DNA of 64,000 bases from Scenedesmus sp. PABB004 (taxonomy: Eukaryota), in assembly GCA_014905635.1 (NCBI GenBank), contig CM026548.1, forward strand, positions 1,240,001-1,304,000. Reading direction: 5' to 3'. Shown here piece after piece: positions 1 through 30,962 of the stretch. The notes under the pieces were generated by a model, which saw only the letters and a program-made list of their open reading frames with translations, ran no database searches and was not told where the DNA came from. Numbering within the stretch: the stretch's first letter is position 1; the number at the start of each line of letters is the position of its first letter. The position numbers and the translations under genes were made by a program.

Positions 1-232
1 GAAGCGGCTGCGTCTTGCTTGAGCCTGCGGCGCGACGCGTCGCGCCCGTCGAGCTTCTTCTGCACGCTGCGCTCGTTCGGCGAGATGGCGGCGGCACGCG
101 CCGGACCCACGACGAGACCCGCAGGGCCAGGACAAAGTACTCCCAGCACCACGCCGCCAGGGGCAGCCTCACCGCCGCCCCACGCTCAGGTTGACCCGCC
201 TCGCGCTCGGCGCCACGCGGCGCGGTCCAGCC

Positions 233-1252
233 ATGCGCGTCGTGGTCAACTGTGCCGGCGGCGGCTCCCACTCCATGGTGCGCCGCCCTGCGCCGCGCCG
301 CGCCGCGGCGGCCCCGCGCCGCCGCCCTGCGCCCCGCGCCGCCACCGCCACCGCCGCGCCACCGAGCTGCTGTCCGCCGAGGTTCCAAAGACCGCCGCCG
401 CAGCTGCTGTCGGAGCGCAGCACCGTCGCCGACCTCAAGCAGCACCTGCAGCGCGTGGCGGGTGCGGCCGGGCCGGGCCAGCGCAGCGCGCGGCGCCGCG
501 CCGCGGCTCCGCCGAGCGCGGCGCGCACACGCCGCCGCCGCCGCCAGGCGTGCCGCCGGCGCAGCAGGCGCTGCTGCTGGGCGGCCGGCGGCTCGGCCCC
601 GACGACGCGCTGCTGCTGGGCGACCACGGCCTGGACGGGTACAGCCTGGCGCACGAGGCAAGGGCGCGCGCGCCGCGCCACGCGGGCGGGGCACGCCGGC
701 GCCCTGCTCGCGGCGGCGCCGCCGCCGCGCGCGCGCTCACCCCGCGCGCGCCGGCGGCAGGTGGTGATCTACATGCAGCGCACGCTCGCCGCGCCGGTGC
801 GCGTCTTCCTCGCGGCGCCGCCCGGCGCCGGCGCGGGCGGCGCCGCCGCGCGGCCGGCGGCAGAGCTGGTGGAGGCCGGCAGCAGCCTCGCCAACGTCGC
901 CGCCCTTCTCTCCGCGCGCGGCCTCGCGCCGGCGCCCTGGCTCGCGGCCGACGCGGCACTGGCGACCGTCGCGGCGGGGCTGCCCGGGCCGCGGCCGGGG
1001 CAGCCGCCGGCGGCGGCGCCGGCTGCGGCGGCGCCGCCGCCGCCCGGCGCCATCCTGCCCGGAGGCGTGGTGGTGTGCCGCGGCGACGGCAGCTGCGTGG
1101 ACCGCGTGCGCGTTGGCGCCGCCTGCACCGTCGGCGAGCTGCTGGCCGCGGTCGAGGCCGCCGAGGGCACGCCGCCGCGGCACCTGCTGTTCCACCAGGG
1201 CGTCGGCGGCGTGCTGCGCGCGGTCGTGGGCGCCGCGAGCGACGGGGCGTGA
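233..1252 (+). CDS. Ubiquitin-like domain protein (spliced, about 4 exons)
   Basis: Spliced reading MRVVVNCAGGGSHSM|LLSERSTVADLKQHLQRVA|GVPPAQQALLLGGRRLGPDD..LGDHGL matches the UBL pattern (TVxDLK..GVPxxQQxL..GxxL.D..L.D.GL). A second UBL-like segment follows (TVGELLAAVEAAEGTPPRHLLF). One GC donor near 658. Confidence 0.7.
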   Translation: MRVVVNCAGGGSHSMVRRPAPRRAAAAPRRRPAPRAATATAAPPSCCPPRFQRPPPQLLSERSTVADLKQHLQRVAGAAGPGQRSARRRAAAPPSAARTRRRRRQACRRRSRRCCWAAGGSAPTTRCCWATTAWTGTAWRTRQGRARRATRAGHAGALLAAAPPPRARSPRARRRQVVIYMQRTLAAPVRVFLAAPPGAGAGGAAARPAAELVEAGSSLANVAALLSARGLAPAPWLAADAALATVAAGLPGPRPGQPPAAAPAAAAPPPPGAILPGGVVVCRGDGSCVDRVRVGAACTVGELLAAVEAAEGTPPRHLLFHQGVGGVLRAVVGAASDGA

Positions 1253-1564
1253 GGCGCGGCACCTCAACTTCGCGCAGCGCGAGGCGTGGCGGCGCGTCAC
1301 TTGGGGCGTAGCGCCCTGTGGCGCGAGGCAACAGTGCCAACCGCCACGTCCACGGCGGTTCACTCACTCGGGGTGCTGTCGCAGCCGCCGCCCCGCGCAC
1401 GCCGACGACCGCCCGCCAGGAAGCAGCGGCGGGCGAGCGCGCGCGTGCGCGTCAGCGGCGGCGGCCGGCACCGCCTGGGGCGCTCGGCAACGTGCGTGGC
1501 GGGTCTTTGTATTGCTGCCGGCCTGCGCGGGGCGAGCAGAGCAGAGCAGAGCAGAGCAGCAGCA

Positions 1565-3630
1565 ATGGACCACAGCGCCGCTGCGCACGCGGGGCACAGC
1601 CACGCCGGCCACAGCAACGCTGGTAGCCCTGCCACGAGCCTCAGCGAACTGACGCACCCGCCACACGGCAGCTTCGAGGGCCACCTGGTCCCGGGTGCGC
1701 AGCGCGGCGCCGCTGCTCGCGGCGCCAGCTTCGCAGCGGCCCACGCGGTTGCCCGCCCCCGCCGCCCGCGCAGGCGTCATGTTCATCGCGCTGGCCGCCT
1801 GGTGGACGTGGAGCGTGCTCGACAGCCACCTGCGCGCCGCCGCGCCGCCGCGCCATGCCGAGTACGCCGCGCTGCCGCCGGCCCCGGGCGCCGGCGGCGG
1901 CAAGCGCGGGGGCGCGGCCGCGCCGCCGCCGCCGCGCGGGCGCCGCCGCGGGCGCCACGACGTGCGGGGGCAGCCGTTCGTCAGCCGCACGTGGTGGCCG
2001 TGGCCGGCGGGGTGGTTTCCCGGGCCGGCGGTCGAGCCCGCCGCCCTGGTGGTCGGCACGCTGCTCGGCATCGCAATCGAGCTCTACATCGGCTGGGGCG
2101 GCCCCCGCCCGCTCTACTCCACCGACGGCCACTTTGCGGGCGCGCGCGCGCCGCGCCGCGCTGCGCCGCCCGCCGCGCCGCTCGCGCCGCGCCTCTCACT
2201 CACTATCTCACTCACGGCCACGTGGTGGCCGTGGCCGCGCCGCGCCTCTCACTCACCCACACGCTCCAACCACGCCCCCGCTGTCCCTCAGCCTTCCACG
2301 CCAACAACTACCAGCACGCCCTCATGTACGCCGCCTTCCTCGCCAGCGGCCTCGTCGACCTCCTCGGCGCCGCGACGCCGCTGCCGCGCGGCGTCGAGCA
2401 GGCGCGCGCGCCGTCGCCCGGCCCGCGCCTGCGCGCCCGCGCGCCCACGCGCGGCCGCGCCGACGCCCGCGCGGCTGCACCGACGCCCGCCGCGCGCGCG
2501 GCGCCCCGCCCCGCCGCAGTGCTTCCTGGCGCTGGCTTTCTTCGTCGAGGCGCTGCTCATGGGCCTGCACACCAAGCCCAACCCGCTGGACGAGCTGGTG
2601 CGAGGGGCGACCGGGGCGCGCCGCCACGCGTTCGCGGGGCGCAGTCCGTGGCGGCTGAGCCGCGCCGCGCCCCGCGTGCCGCGCCCGCGCCCGCACAGGT
2701 GCACTGGCTGCTGACGCACGTGATGCTCGCGTGCTGCGTCGCGGCCGCGGCCGAGGTCGCCGCGCCGCGCAGCCTGCTGCTCGCAGTCGCGCGCTGCATG
2801 CTGGTCATGCTCCAGGTGGGGCGGCGCGCGGCGCGGGCGGGTCTCAACCCTCAAGCCCTGCCCGCGGGGCCACCGCCGCCGCGTGAGCGCCCCCCCATAA
2901 CCGGGGGGGGGGGGGGGGGCGTCCCCGCGGCGCAGGGCACGTGGTTCATCCACGTCGGCGCAATCATGTTCAAGGGTGCGGCGTTGGCGCGCGTGCGGCG
3001 CGCCGCCACGCCCGCCTCGCCGCCCCACCCCCGCCCCACCCCCTCCCCGCCCCACCCACGCCCCGCCCGCCCCGCCCCCGCCGCCCCGTGGTGCCGTCGC
3101 CAGACTCCATGGCGTGGGACATGCAGGACGCGGGCGGCCTCATGTTTGTGCCGGTCGTGTTTGGCTTGCACGTGCTGCTCATCGCACTCGGCACGCTCGC
3201 GGGTGCGCCCGCGCTCTCAGGCCGCTGGTGGCGGGCTGGTGCTCGACTCGGTCGGCCGCAGTCGCGCTGTCCGCCGCAGCCGCCGGCGCAGCGCGGCTGC
3301 GGCTCCGCGGCGCTGCCGCCAGCCGCGCGGCTGGCCAGCAGCTGTCGCGGGACGGGTCAATTCCCACCCCACCCGCCGCCCGCCCGCCTTCCGCGCCCCC
3401 GCCCGCCAGCGTACGTGGTCATGGCTTGGCTGTACGCCCGACTCGGCATCACTGCGGCCGCGCCGACGCTCGACGCCGCGGCGCCGGGCAGCCCGTGCGC
3501 GAGCGACGGCGGCGATGGCGGCGGCGGCGCGCGCGACTGGCAGGACCTGCTGGAGGCGCAGCAGCTCGAGCTGGGCGACCTCAGCGGCGGCGCGCGCGAC
3601 GCGGCGCCGCGCGGCAAGCCGCGCCGCTAG
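1565..3630 (+). CDS. TMEM45-like / DUF716 multi-pass membrane protein
   Basis: HGSFEGHLVPG|VMFIALAAWW matches the family N-terminal motif. Later exons read NNYQHALMYAAFLASGLVDL, LAFFVEALLMGLH, VHWLL, MLQ|GTWFIHVG. His-rich N-terminus; TAG at 3628-3630. Confidence 0.85.
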
Positions 3631-4455
3631 CGGCGCGGCCGGGATTCGGTCGGTCAGCAGCACTGGCTGGGGGTGCTTGATCGATCGACTGTCACTTGCC
3701 TTGCACGCCTCTGCCAGCGCTCGCCGGCGCCAGCGAGTGCCTGATCGACTGCCACTCCACTTGCCACTCTTGCACGCTTCCCCTCTTGACGCTCGCCTGC
3801 CGGCGCGGGCGAGCCGCCGCCTGGCTCACTGTACTCCGGCACTGCATGTGTGGGTGCGCATGTGCGCGCGCGCCGGCCGGCGCGGGGCGTGCCTCGGCAC
3901 TCCCGCGGCCAGCACTTCACTCTGGCAGCACTGTTCGCGCCTGCTGCTGCGCCCGCGATTGCGGGCGGCGGCGTGGCGCTCAATAAAATAGCGGTGTGGG
4001 AGCGCAGCGCAGGAGGAGGAGCACTGCAGGCAGGCGGTCGGTTCACGAGAGACTCGGGCGGGGGAGCGGCGGCTGCCAGCAGGGAGCGGCGGCGGCTCCG
4101 CGGCAGCGCTCGCGGCGCGGCGCGGACGTGCACGCGTTCCACGCTGCTGGCGTCGCTACGGCACCCCACCTCACGGCCGGGGACGGGCGGCGACAACGGC
4201 GGCAAGCAGCCGCCGATATTTGCGAGGCGCTTTCGGCAGCGGCGGCTGCGGCGCTGCGGCGGCGGCGCCGCGGTGTCCCCGCGGTGCAATGGTTGTGCTG
4301 AGCACCGGCGCGCGGCCAGGCCGTTGCCTGCGCATCAACGGGCGCCCGGCCGGCCGTAGTCCAAACCCTGCTGCCTCCCACGCCGCCCGCCAGCGCTCGC
4401 GTGCCACCCCTCAGTCTCGCCGCACCCACCCGGCGCCGTGGCGAGAGCGGGCGCC

Positions 4456-23474
<19,019 letters not shown>

Positions 23475-25190
23475 GCCAGCGGGCTGCGCTGGGCCAGGCC
23501 TCGAGCCCCGCCGTGGGGTGTGGGGCGGGCCGGCTGCGGTGGGACGGCGCGAGACAACCCGGCGCAACTGCCGGCCGCGCCCGACCACGCGCCGAGGGGG
23601 AGCGGCGGCGGCCGCCCAGCAGTGCCGGGCGCATGTGCTGCGGCGGCACACCTGGGCGCGCCCGCGGGGCTGAAAAGGGGTAGAGGGGCCGCAGCGGCGG
23701 CAATGACGCACCAAGGCGTGCCGACCGCGCGCCGCGTGTGGGGGCTTGGGTTGGGTGCGCAGCGCGGCCGCCGGGCGTCGCCGCCGCCGCAGAACTTGGC
23801 GTCGTGTGCTGCCGGCGCGGCGGTCGCAGCCGCCGCGTGCGTGCGCTGTTCCCGTCGCCCCTGCTGCTGCCGCTGTGCCGCTGTTGTGTCGGCGTGCGTC
23901 GTCGTGTCGTCTGTCTGTCTACAGTTTGTCGGGCCAATCCGTTGGCCATTGGCTTGCCCGTTGGCCAATCAAATCACAGGCTCCGCAAGACTGGCATGGC
24001 ATGCTGCTGCTGGGCGGTGTGTGTGGGCTGCCGTCGTCGTCGCGCGGTTTCATCAGATCAAACGGGGGCAGCGGGGGCGGGCAGGCTCCAAGGGGGCCGG
24101 CAGGCGTGCGGCGCGGCGGATCCGGAGAAAACTGCGGCCGCCGCCGCGCAGAGACCCACTCCTAAACAGGCATGGTTTGCTCTTGCGCGCCCCCACACTG
24201 TGCAGCACCGCACTCGGCGTGTGGCCCCTGCTTGCGCTTGCCGTCGCCATGGCGCCGAGGCTGTGGCGAGCCGCGGCACGGCTCGCGTGTAACTAGAGGG
24301 CGGGCGCTGACGACGTCACTGCAGCGGCAGAGGGGCGTTGCAGCAGGCGCGCGCGCCGCCCGAACCCGCCGCAGCCCGCGACCAGCCAGCCAGCGCGCGC
24401 CCACTGTCGCCCTTGCTCGAGCGCGCAGCACGCAAGCCGCCGCTGCCGCGCTCAACCCAACTCAACTCGCCGCCGCAGCCACGCACATGCCCCGTGCAGC
24501 CAGCCAGCCAACCGAGCACCGAGCTGCCCAGGCCGCCTGGCGGCGACAGCGCCGCCAGCCGCGCCAAAGCCGCCGCCCTGCAGCCGCAGCGCCAGCCCGG
24601 GCAGGCGCACCCCGGCTACTGGCAGGGGTCAATCGCTGCACCGCGTCGCCCCTGGCAGGGACTGGGCTGTTGGCGACGGTGCAGCGGCCAGCGTCAGGGT
24701 CAGGTCAGCGCGTAGACGTGCTGAGGTTGCTGACCGACGCTGCGTCGCGCGCGAAGTTACCAGGGCGGCACACACTCACACCAAGCGTCAGCCACAGCCG
24801 CTTATGTTGGCTCTCTCACTCGCTGTTTATGCGCTCGCTGCGTGCGCGCGGCGCGGGCGCGGCCGCGCGCGCCCCCATTTCGGGGTTTGGCGGCGCCAGC
24901 CGCGCCGGCCCCGGCGCTTGATTGGTGAAAGAAAGAGAATGTGGGGAGGCGATGACCTGATCAGGACACTCCTGGCAATAGTGTACACAACAGCACGCCA
25001 ATCGTGGGTGGGTGGGCGGGCGCGCGCCGGCACCGCCCGCGCGCCCGCGCGCGCGCACGCGCTGCGCCTGCAGCGGCGCGCGCCGGGCGCCGGGCGGCGG
25101 CGGCGCGCCTCTCACACGCCCTGCACCATGTGGGCCAGGCGACCAGCGCCAGCGGCGCCTCAGAACAGGTCAAGGCGCCCCAGGTCCAGC

Positions 25191-25977
25191 TCAGAACAGC
25201 GCGGAGCCCTTGGTCAGCTCGATGATGAGGAGCGCGGCCACGCCCACCATAGCCGCCCTCCCGTTGGCGGTCTCCGCCCTCTGTGTGAGCGGACCAAAGG
25301 ACGCGGTGGGGTCGGCGCCCTTGAGCAGGGGCACCAGCGACGCGACGGCGATGGTCGCCCAGGTCGCGAGCACCACGGGCGCGGCGCCCTCAAACTGGGC
25401 GATGGCAGACTGGCCCGTCGCCAGCTCCGCGCCGATCGCCGCGACCACGCCGAGCATCGCAAGGCGGCCGTTGATGGTCTCAGGGCCCACCGGGTTGGCG
25501 AAGGCCATGGCGTCTGCGCGGCGGCGGCGAGGCGGTGGCGGCGGCGGGCAGGCGGGGTCAGGCGGGTGCCGCGAGTGTGTGCCATGGCGGCGCGAGGGTG
25601 TGGCCGCAGTGGCGCGAGTGTGGCCGTGCCGGCGCAGCACCCGGCCGCGCGCGAGTGCGTGGCCGCGGCGGGCGAGCGTGTGGCCGTGGCGGCGCGGCGC
25701 CCGGTGCCACCGCAGCGCGCGGGCCGGCTGCGCGCTCACCGCCAAAGGTCACGGCCTTGGCCACCGCCGCGGGCGCGGCGGGCGCCGCGGGCGCGGCGGG
25801 CACGGTGTACGCGGCCACGACCTGCTCGGGCGTCGCGGCCTCGGGCGTCGCCGGCGCCGCGGGCGCGGCGGGCTCCTGCTCCGCGCTCGCGCGCACGGCC
25901 AGCGAGCGCCGGCTGGCGGCGGGCGCGCGCGCAGCGGCGCGAAGGCTCGCGGCCTGGGTGCGCATGGCGAAGGCCAT
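25191..25977 (-). CDS. ELIP: Early light-induced protein (ELIP/Cbr, LHC-like), 2 exons
   Basis: Transit peptide MAFAMRTQAASLR..VRASAE. Two chlorophyll-binding motifs, PETINGRLAMLG and AETANGRAAMVG, flank a central hydrophobic helix. One intron at about 25514-25739. Confidence 0.93.
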
Positions 25978-26068
25978 TGTGTGTGTGATTGGCGTGAGGG
26001 GCGGGGCTGTGATGGGTGCTGGAGCCTGTGAGGGAGCAGATAGAATCCAACTAGCGGGCGCGCGGGCC

Positions 26069-26074
26069 TTTATA
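26069..26074 (-). promoter_or_regulatory. TATA box of ELIP
   Basis: TATAAA on the minus strand about 90 nt upstream of the ELIP ATG, in otherwise very GC-rich DNA. Confidence 0.65.
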
Positions 26075-26302
26075 GGGCCGGGGCGGCGCGCCGGAGCCCT
26101 ACAACCGCGCGGCGCCTGCTGGCCTCAGGCTGCAGGGCGTGGACAGCGTGGGCCCGGGACAGCGTGGCCCCGACAGCGCGGCACCGCCGGCATCAGGAGA
26201 GTTCCAGAGGCTCCGGTCGCACACACCGCGGCGCGCAGGCGCGGGCGCGCCGGTGCCGCCGCACGCACGAGCAGCGCGCATCCCGGTGACGCCTGGCAGC
26301 AG

Positions 26303-27676
26303 TCAGCCGCGCACGCCCACGACGGTGTGCCAGCCCCCTGCGGCGATGCCCACGGCTGTCCCGGTCCCCGGCGGCAGCGGCAGCGGCCGCGGCTCGGCAA
26401 CCAGCGCTGGCGCGGCCGCCGCGCTCTCCTCCGCGGCCGCGCCGCACTGGCCGTGGCCGTTCAGACCCCACGCAAACACGCGGCCCGACGCGGTCAGCGC
26501 GACCGTGTGCCGCGCGCCGCACGCGACCTGCGGCGCGCAGTCGCGGGCGCCGGCGGCGGCCGTGGGCGTGGGCGCGCTGGGCGTGGCGGGCGGCCGGCCC
26601 GCGCCGCGCCCGCGCCGCGCCGCGCCGCGCCGCGCCGCGCTCACCGCAGTCACGTGCTCCTCGTCCAACTCCGCCTGCTCCACCAGGCGCGGCACGAGGC
26701 TGCTCGCGCGCGGGTCGCCGCCCTCGGGAGCGGGCCCGAGCTGCGCGTCGCTGCCGCAGCCCCACGCGTAGACCGCGCCGTCGCAGGTCGCCGCGGCGCT
26801 GTGCGCCATGCCCGCCGCCGCGCACGCGAGCGGCACGCCGCCCAGCGCGGTCACGGGCGCGGGCCGCGGCGCGTCGGACGTGCGGCCGAGCCCCGTCTGG
26901 CCGTGCGCGCCCCAGCCCCACGCGAAGAGCGCGCCGCCGCGCGACAGCGCGAGGCTGTGCAGCGCGCCAGCGGCGACCTGCTGCAGCGGCTCCTCGCACG
27001 CGGCGCCCGAGCCCGGGCCCAGCACGACCGCCGGCGGGACGCACGGCGCCGCGCCTCGGCGGCCGGGCGAGCCCGCGTCAGCGCCGCTGCCGCCGCCGGC
27101 GCTGCCGCCGTCGGCGGCGCCGGGGAGGCCCAGCTGTCCGTGGCGGTTGCTGCTGCCCAGCGCCCACACGCGGCCCGCGGCATCCAGCAGCAGCACGTGC
27201 GCGTCGCCGGCCGCCACCTGCACCACCGCCGCCGCGGCGCCGGGCGGCGGGCCGCCCAGCGCGAGCGGGCGCCAGACGGCGGCCGCGTCTTGTGCCTGCT
27301 CCTGCTGCTGCATCTGCTCCTGCTGCTGCTGCTGCTGCTGCGTCTGCTCCTGCTGCTGCTGCTGCTGCGTCTGCTCCTGCTGCTGCTCCTGCTGCTGCTG
27401 CTGCTGCTCCGGCGCCCGCCGCGCGGCGGCGGCGCGCACGCTCGCGCCGTCAGCGATGAAGGCGGCGCCGCCCTCCGCAACCGCCACCGCGTGCGTCCAG
27501 CCCAGCGCAGTCTGGACCAGAGCAGCGGGGCGCGGCAGCGGCGGCGGCGGCGCCAGCGGCGGGTTCCACGCCCCGCCGCACGCTGCCGCGAGCAGCGCAC
27601 ACCCCGGCGGCGCCGCGCCCGCCCACAGCGCGTCGCCGGCCAAGCCCCAGATCAGCGTGGTCGGTGTGGCGGGCAT
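26303..27676 (-). CDS. RCC1-repeat protein with a poly-Q insert
   Basis: Repeated units VAAGDAHVL..GRVWALG..GQLG, AAGALHSL..FAWGWG..GQTG, AGMAHS..VYAWG, VACGARHT..VFAWGLNGHGQCG. One in-frame intron at about 26528-26644. Lacks the UVR8 GWRHT motifs. Confidence 0.88.
   Translation of the reverse strand: MPATPTTLIWGLAGDALWAGAAPPGCALLAAACGGAWNPPLAPPPPLPRPAALVQTALGWTHAVAVAEGGAAFIADGASVRAAAARRAPEQQQQQQEQQQEQTQQQQQQEQTQQQQQQQEQMQQQEQAQDAAAVWRPLALGGPPPGAAAAVVQVAAGDAHVLLLDAAGRVWALGSSNRHGQLGLPGAADGGSAGGGSGADAGSPGRRGAAPCVPPAVVLGPGSGAACEEPLQQVAAGALHSLALSRGGALFAWGWGAHGQTGLGRTSDAPRPAPVTALGGVPLACAAAGMAHSAAATCDGAVYAWGCGSDAQLGPAPEGGDPRASSLVPRLVEQAELDEEHVTAVSAARRGAARRGRGAGRPPATPSAPTPTAAAGARDCAPQVACGARHTVALTASGRVFAWGLNGHGQCGAAAEESAAAAPALVAEPRPLPLPPGTGTAVGIAAGGWHTVVGVRG
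27295..27410 (-). repeat. CAG-type repeat encoding a poly-Q/E tract
   Basis: (ctg)n runs on the + strand, translated EQQQQQQEQQQEQTQQQQQQEQTQ... Confidence 0.9.
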
Positions 27677-27865
27677 GGCGCGATCGGATGTGAGTGGCGG
27701 CGCCGCCGACGACGCGTGGCGGCGCACCACAACCGGCCGTCACGACGGCGCCGCCTCAGCGGAGAGCCCCCCGCTCCCCTGGGAGCGTGGCATCACACTC
27801 CTCCGCAACTCACGCAGCCCGCAGCCCGCGCCCGCAGCCCCCCGCCTCCTGCCAGCGGCGTTGTG

Positions 27866-29331
27866 ATGGCGGCCGACGGCGGCAAGCTGCACTTTAGCTA
27901 CGAGCAGATTCACGCGTCCATCGGCGATGTGGTGTCCCGGGGAGCGCTGGACGCCTTCAGGTGCGCGACGCCGTGGCCAGCAGCGACGCCGACGCTGCGA
28001 CCCGCGGCACCGCGCGGCCCAGGCGCCGCGCGGCCGCTCGGCGCGAGGCCCGCATGGCGCCAGACCTCTCACGCGCCACCTGCGGCGCGCGCGCAGGCCC
28101 ACGATGATCCTGGCGATCGGTGAGCCGCCTCAACAACAGCGCGGCGGCCGCCGCCGGGCTGGCAGCGCGCAGCCGGCGCGCCGCAGCTGCCGCCCGGCCG
28201 CCTCCAGCTGCCTCCCGGCCGCCGCTCGCGGCCAGCGCCCCGTGGCTAGGCCGCGGGCGCTGCCGGCCGCAGGCAGGCGGCGCTGGCCGCCGCGCCGGGG
28301 CTCACGCGCCCGCCGCGCGCTCCTCCGCCGCGCCGCGCAGGCGGCGGCGGCTTCATCCCCGCCCGCATGCTGCGCACGCACCTCAAGCACGCCTACGGCG
28401 CGGCGCCGCCGATCCACGCGATCGGGCTGAGCCTGTACGAGCACGACGACGCCGCCAACGCGGCGGGCGCGGCGGTGGTCAAGACGCAGTGGCTCGACCC
28501 CGCGCTCGCGCTGCAGGGGCAGCGCGTGCTCATCGTGGATGAGGCAAGCCGCGGGGACTCGGCAGGGCTCTGGAGGGAGGGGTTTCGAGGCAGACGCCGC
28601 GGCCGGGCGCGCGCCGACGGCCGCCGCTGACGGCCGCGCCGCTGACGTCCGCGCAGGTGGACGACACGCGCACGACGCTCGCGTACGCCGTGGCCGAGCT
28701 GCAGCGCGACATCGCGGCCGAGCGCGCCGCGTGGCTGGCGGCCGCCGGCGGCGGCGGCGGCGCCGTCGCGGCGCCGCCGACGCCCTGCGTGCTCAGCCCG
28801 GCGCACAGCCCGCACGACAGCCCGCGCGCGGCGGCGGCGGTGCCGGCGCCCGCCGCGGCGACGCTGGCGCCCGCGGCGACGCCCGCGGCGGCCGCGGCGG
28901 CGCCGTGGGCCGAGCCGGTGCTGGGCGTCTTTGTTGTGCACTGCAAGGACAAGCCCAAGAAGGCCGCGCTGCCGGAGCAGCTCATGGCCGAGGCCTACTT
29001 CAGCTGCGCGACCATCCCCGACCTCTGGGTGCGCCGCCGGCCTGCCAGCCGCTCGGCGCGGCGCGGCGCGGCGGCCGCGCACCGGCGCCCGCGGTCGCCG
29101 CCGCGCGCCCGGCTGACGCGCCGCCGCCGCCGCTGCCGCGTCGCCCCGGCGGCGGCCCTATTTGTATAGGTGCTCTACCCGTGGGACTGTCCCTTTGATG
29201 AGATCTTTGACCACACCGACAGGGCCCACCGCCCCGGCAGCGCGACGGCCGCGCTCGCGCCGAGCCCGGCGGGCTGCGGCCGCGGCGGCGCCGCAGCGGC
29301 CGACGGCGGCGCGGCGCCGATGGTGTGCTGA
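27866..29331 (+). CDS. Hypoxanthine/guanine/xanthine phosphoribosyltransferase, yeast Hpt1/Xpt1 type (5 exons)
   Basis: Spliced protein FSYEQIH..PTMILAIG|GGGFIPARMLRTHLK..AIGLSLYE..KTQWLD..VLIVDE|VDDTRTTLAYAV..GVFVVHCKDKPKKA.LP..IPDLW|VLYPWD. This follows the S. cerevisiae Hpt1 motif order and includes the PRPP loop. Confidence 0.9.
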
Positions 29332-30105
29332 CGGCGCCCGGCGCCGCGGTCGTGTGTGTGTGGGGGGGGGGGGGCTGTGATTGGCTGGGGGGCGGGCGCG
29401 ACGCGCCGCGCGCCCCCGCCGCGTGCCGGCGCCTGCGCGCGGCGTGTACCACCAGCATCATCATTGTCGCCCTGCGAGGGCGTGGCCGGGCATCTCGGGG
29501 CGACCGGCCCTCAGCTCAGCTCAGACGGTGCCGGCCGCGGAAATAGCTAGCTAGCGAGCTAGCTGGCTGGCGCCGCTGCGGCGGCGCGCCCGCCGGTGAA
29601 CCCAACGACGTCACTGCACTGCTCCATCTGTTGTCGCGCGGCGCGTCTCGTACATTGAGGTCCCTGGCTTTCTGGAAAAGGAAACCGGTGCAGCGGCACA
29701 CGCTGCGGCCACCTAGCAGCGTGCGCTCGTGCGAGTGGGCGGCGGCGGCGGGACGGGAGGGCGCGGGGCGTCAGCTCAGCTCCTGCTGGGTGGGGGGGGG
29801 GTGCTGGGTCGGGTGCCGTCGTCGTGCTGCAAATGCACACCACGACGGCCTGGTAACGACAGCCACTCTGGCCCTTCGCCGCCGACCGCAGCCTGCGGCG
29901 AGAGGGCTCGCCGCTGGTGAACCCTCGCCCTGCCGCCGCCGCCACGCCGAATGCGCGCCCGCGCCGCGCACCGGCCACTCCTCTCCGGCGCTCCCGCGCG
30001 GCGTCGCCCTTCGCTGCCTCGCCCCGGCCCCCGAGCCGCGATCAGCGCAGCCCCCAGCCCGGCGGCGGCGCGGCGGCGCGCCAGAGCAGCAGCAGCGGCG
30101 GCGAG

Positions 30106-30962
30106 ATGGCGCTGCGCCGTGCGGCGGCCCTGCTGCCCGCCGGCCTGCGCGCCGCGGCGCAGCGCGGCCTGCCGGCGACGGGAGCGCGTGGGTACGCCGA
30201 CCTGAACCTGGAGGACCCCGCGATCCTCAAAAAGTTCCTGGGCGTCGAGGAGGCCCTCGGCGTGTACCCGGACGCGCGCGGCACGCTCACGGGCATGCTC
30301 ACCGAGCTCCTGGAGGCGGTGAAGGGCCTGCCGGAGGCCAGCGACTACAGGCGCGCCGTGGAGGCGACGGCGGGCTATCGGCTCAAGGTCCTGGCCGCGA
30401 ACGACAGCAACGCGGCCGTGGAGGAGGTCCTGGACTCGCACATGGAGGAGCTCATCCTGGAGATCAAGGAGGAGCTCGCGCTGGTGCCGCTCATGAGCTG
30501 TGAGGCCGCGCCGCCGCTGCCGCTGCTCGGCACGGCGCGGCGCGCGGCCGCCGCGACCGGCCCGCCGCGCGGCGCCGCCGGCGCCGCCGGCGCGGCGGGG
30601 GTGCCCAATTCTGTGCCGCCGGCGGGGCGCCGCGCGCCGCACGCCCACGCCCGCCCCGCTGCGCCCGCCGCGCCGATCCGCGCCGCAGCGTGGAAGCCGT
30701 GGGCCGTGCCGGAGGACCACGAGGTGCGGCGCCGCCGCGGCCGCCGCCGGCCGATGCCTGCGCGGCAGCGGTCGGCCGGTGCCTGCGCAGCGGTGGCGGC
30801 CGTGCCAGCGGCGCCGCGCAGACTGCCCGCGCGGACCGTCGCCCGCTCACTCCCCCCTGCCTCCCGTTCTCTCCCTCTCTCTGCCCGCCCCCGCGGCAGG
30901 TGCCGGTCGTGGAGTACACAGACGCTGACGTGCTGCTGAACGCGCCGCCGCCGCCCAAGTGA
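30106..30962 (+). CDS. NDUFA5: Mitochondrial complex I subunit NDUFA5/B13 (3 exons)
   Basis: Mitochondrial presequence, then VYPDARGTL..LPEASDYRRAVEA..YRL..VEE.L..MEELI..EEL.L..M|WKPW, the ETC_C1_NDUFA5 pattern. Confidence 0.88.

Noticed and set aside
1..130. Possible minus-strand exon (..ISPNERSVQKKLD..) running off the window start
   Set aside because: Too short, with no recognisable family or clear start.
26303..27676. UVR8 photoreceptor next to ELIP
   Set aside because: The RCC1 repeats lack the GWRHT tryptophan motifs.
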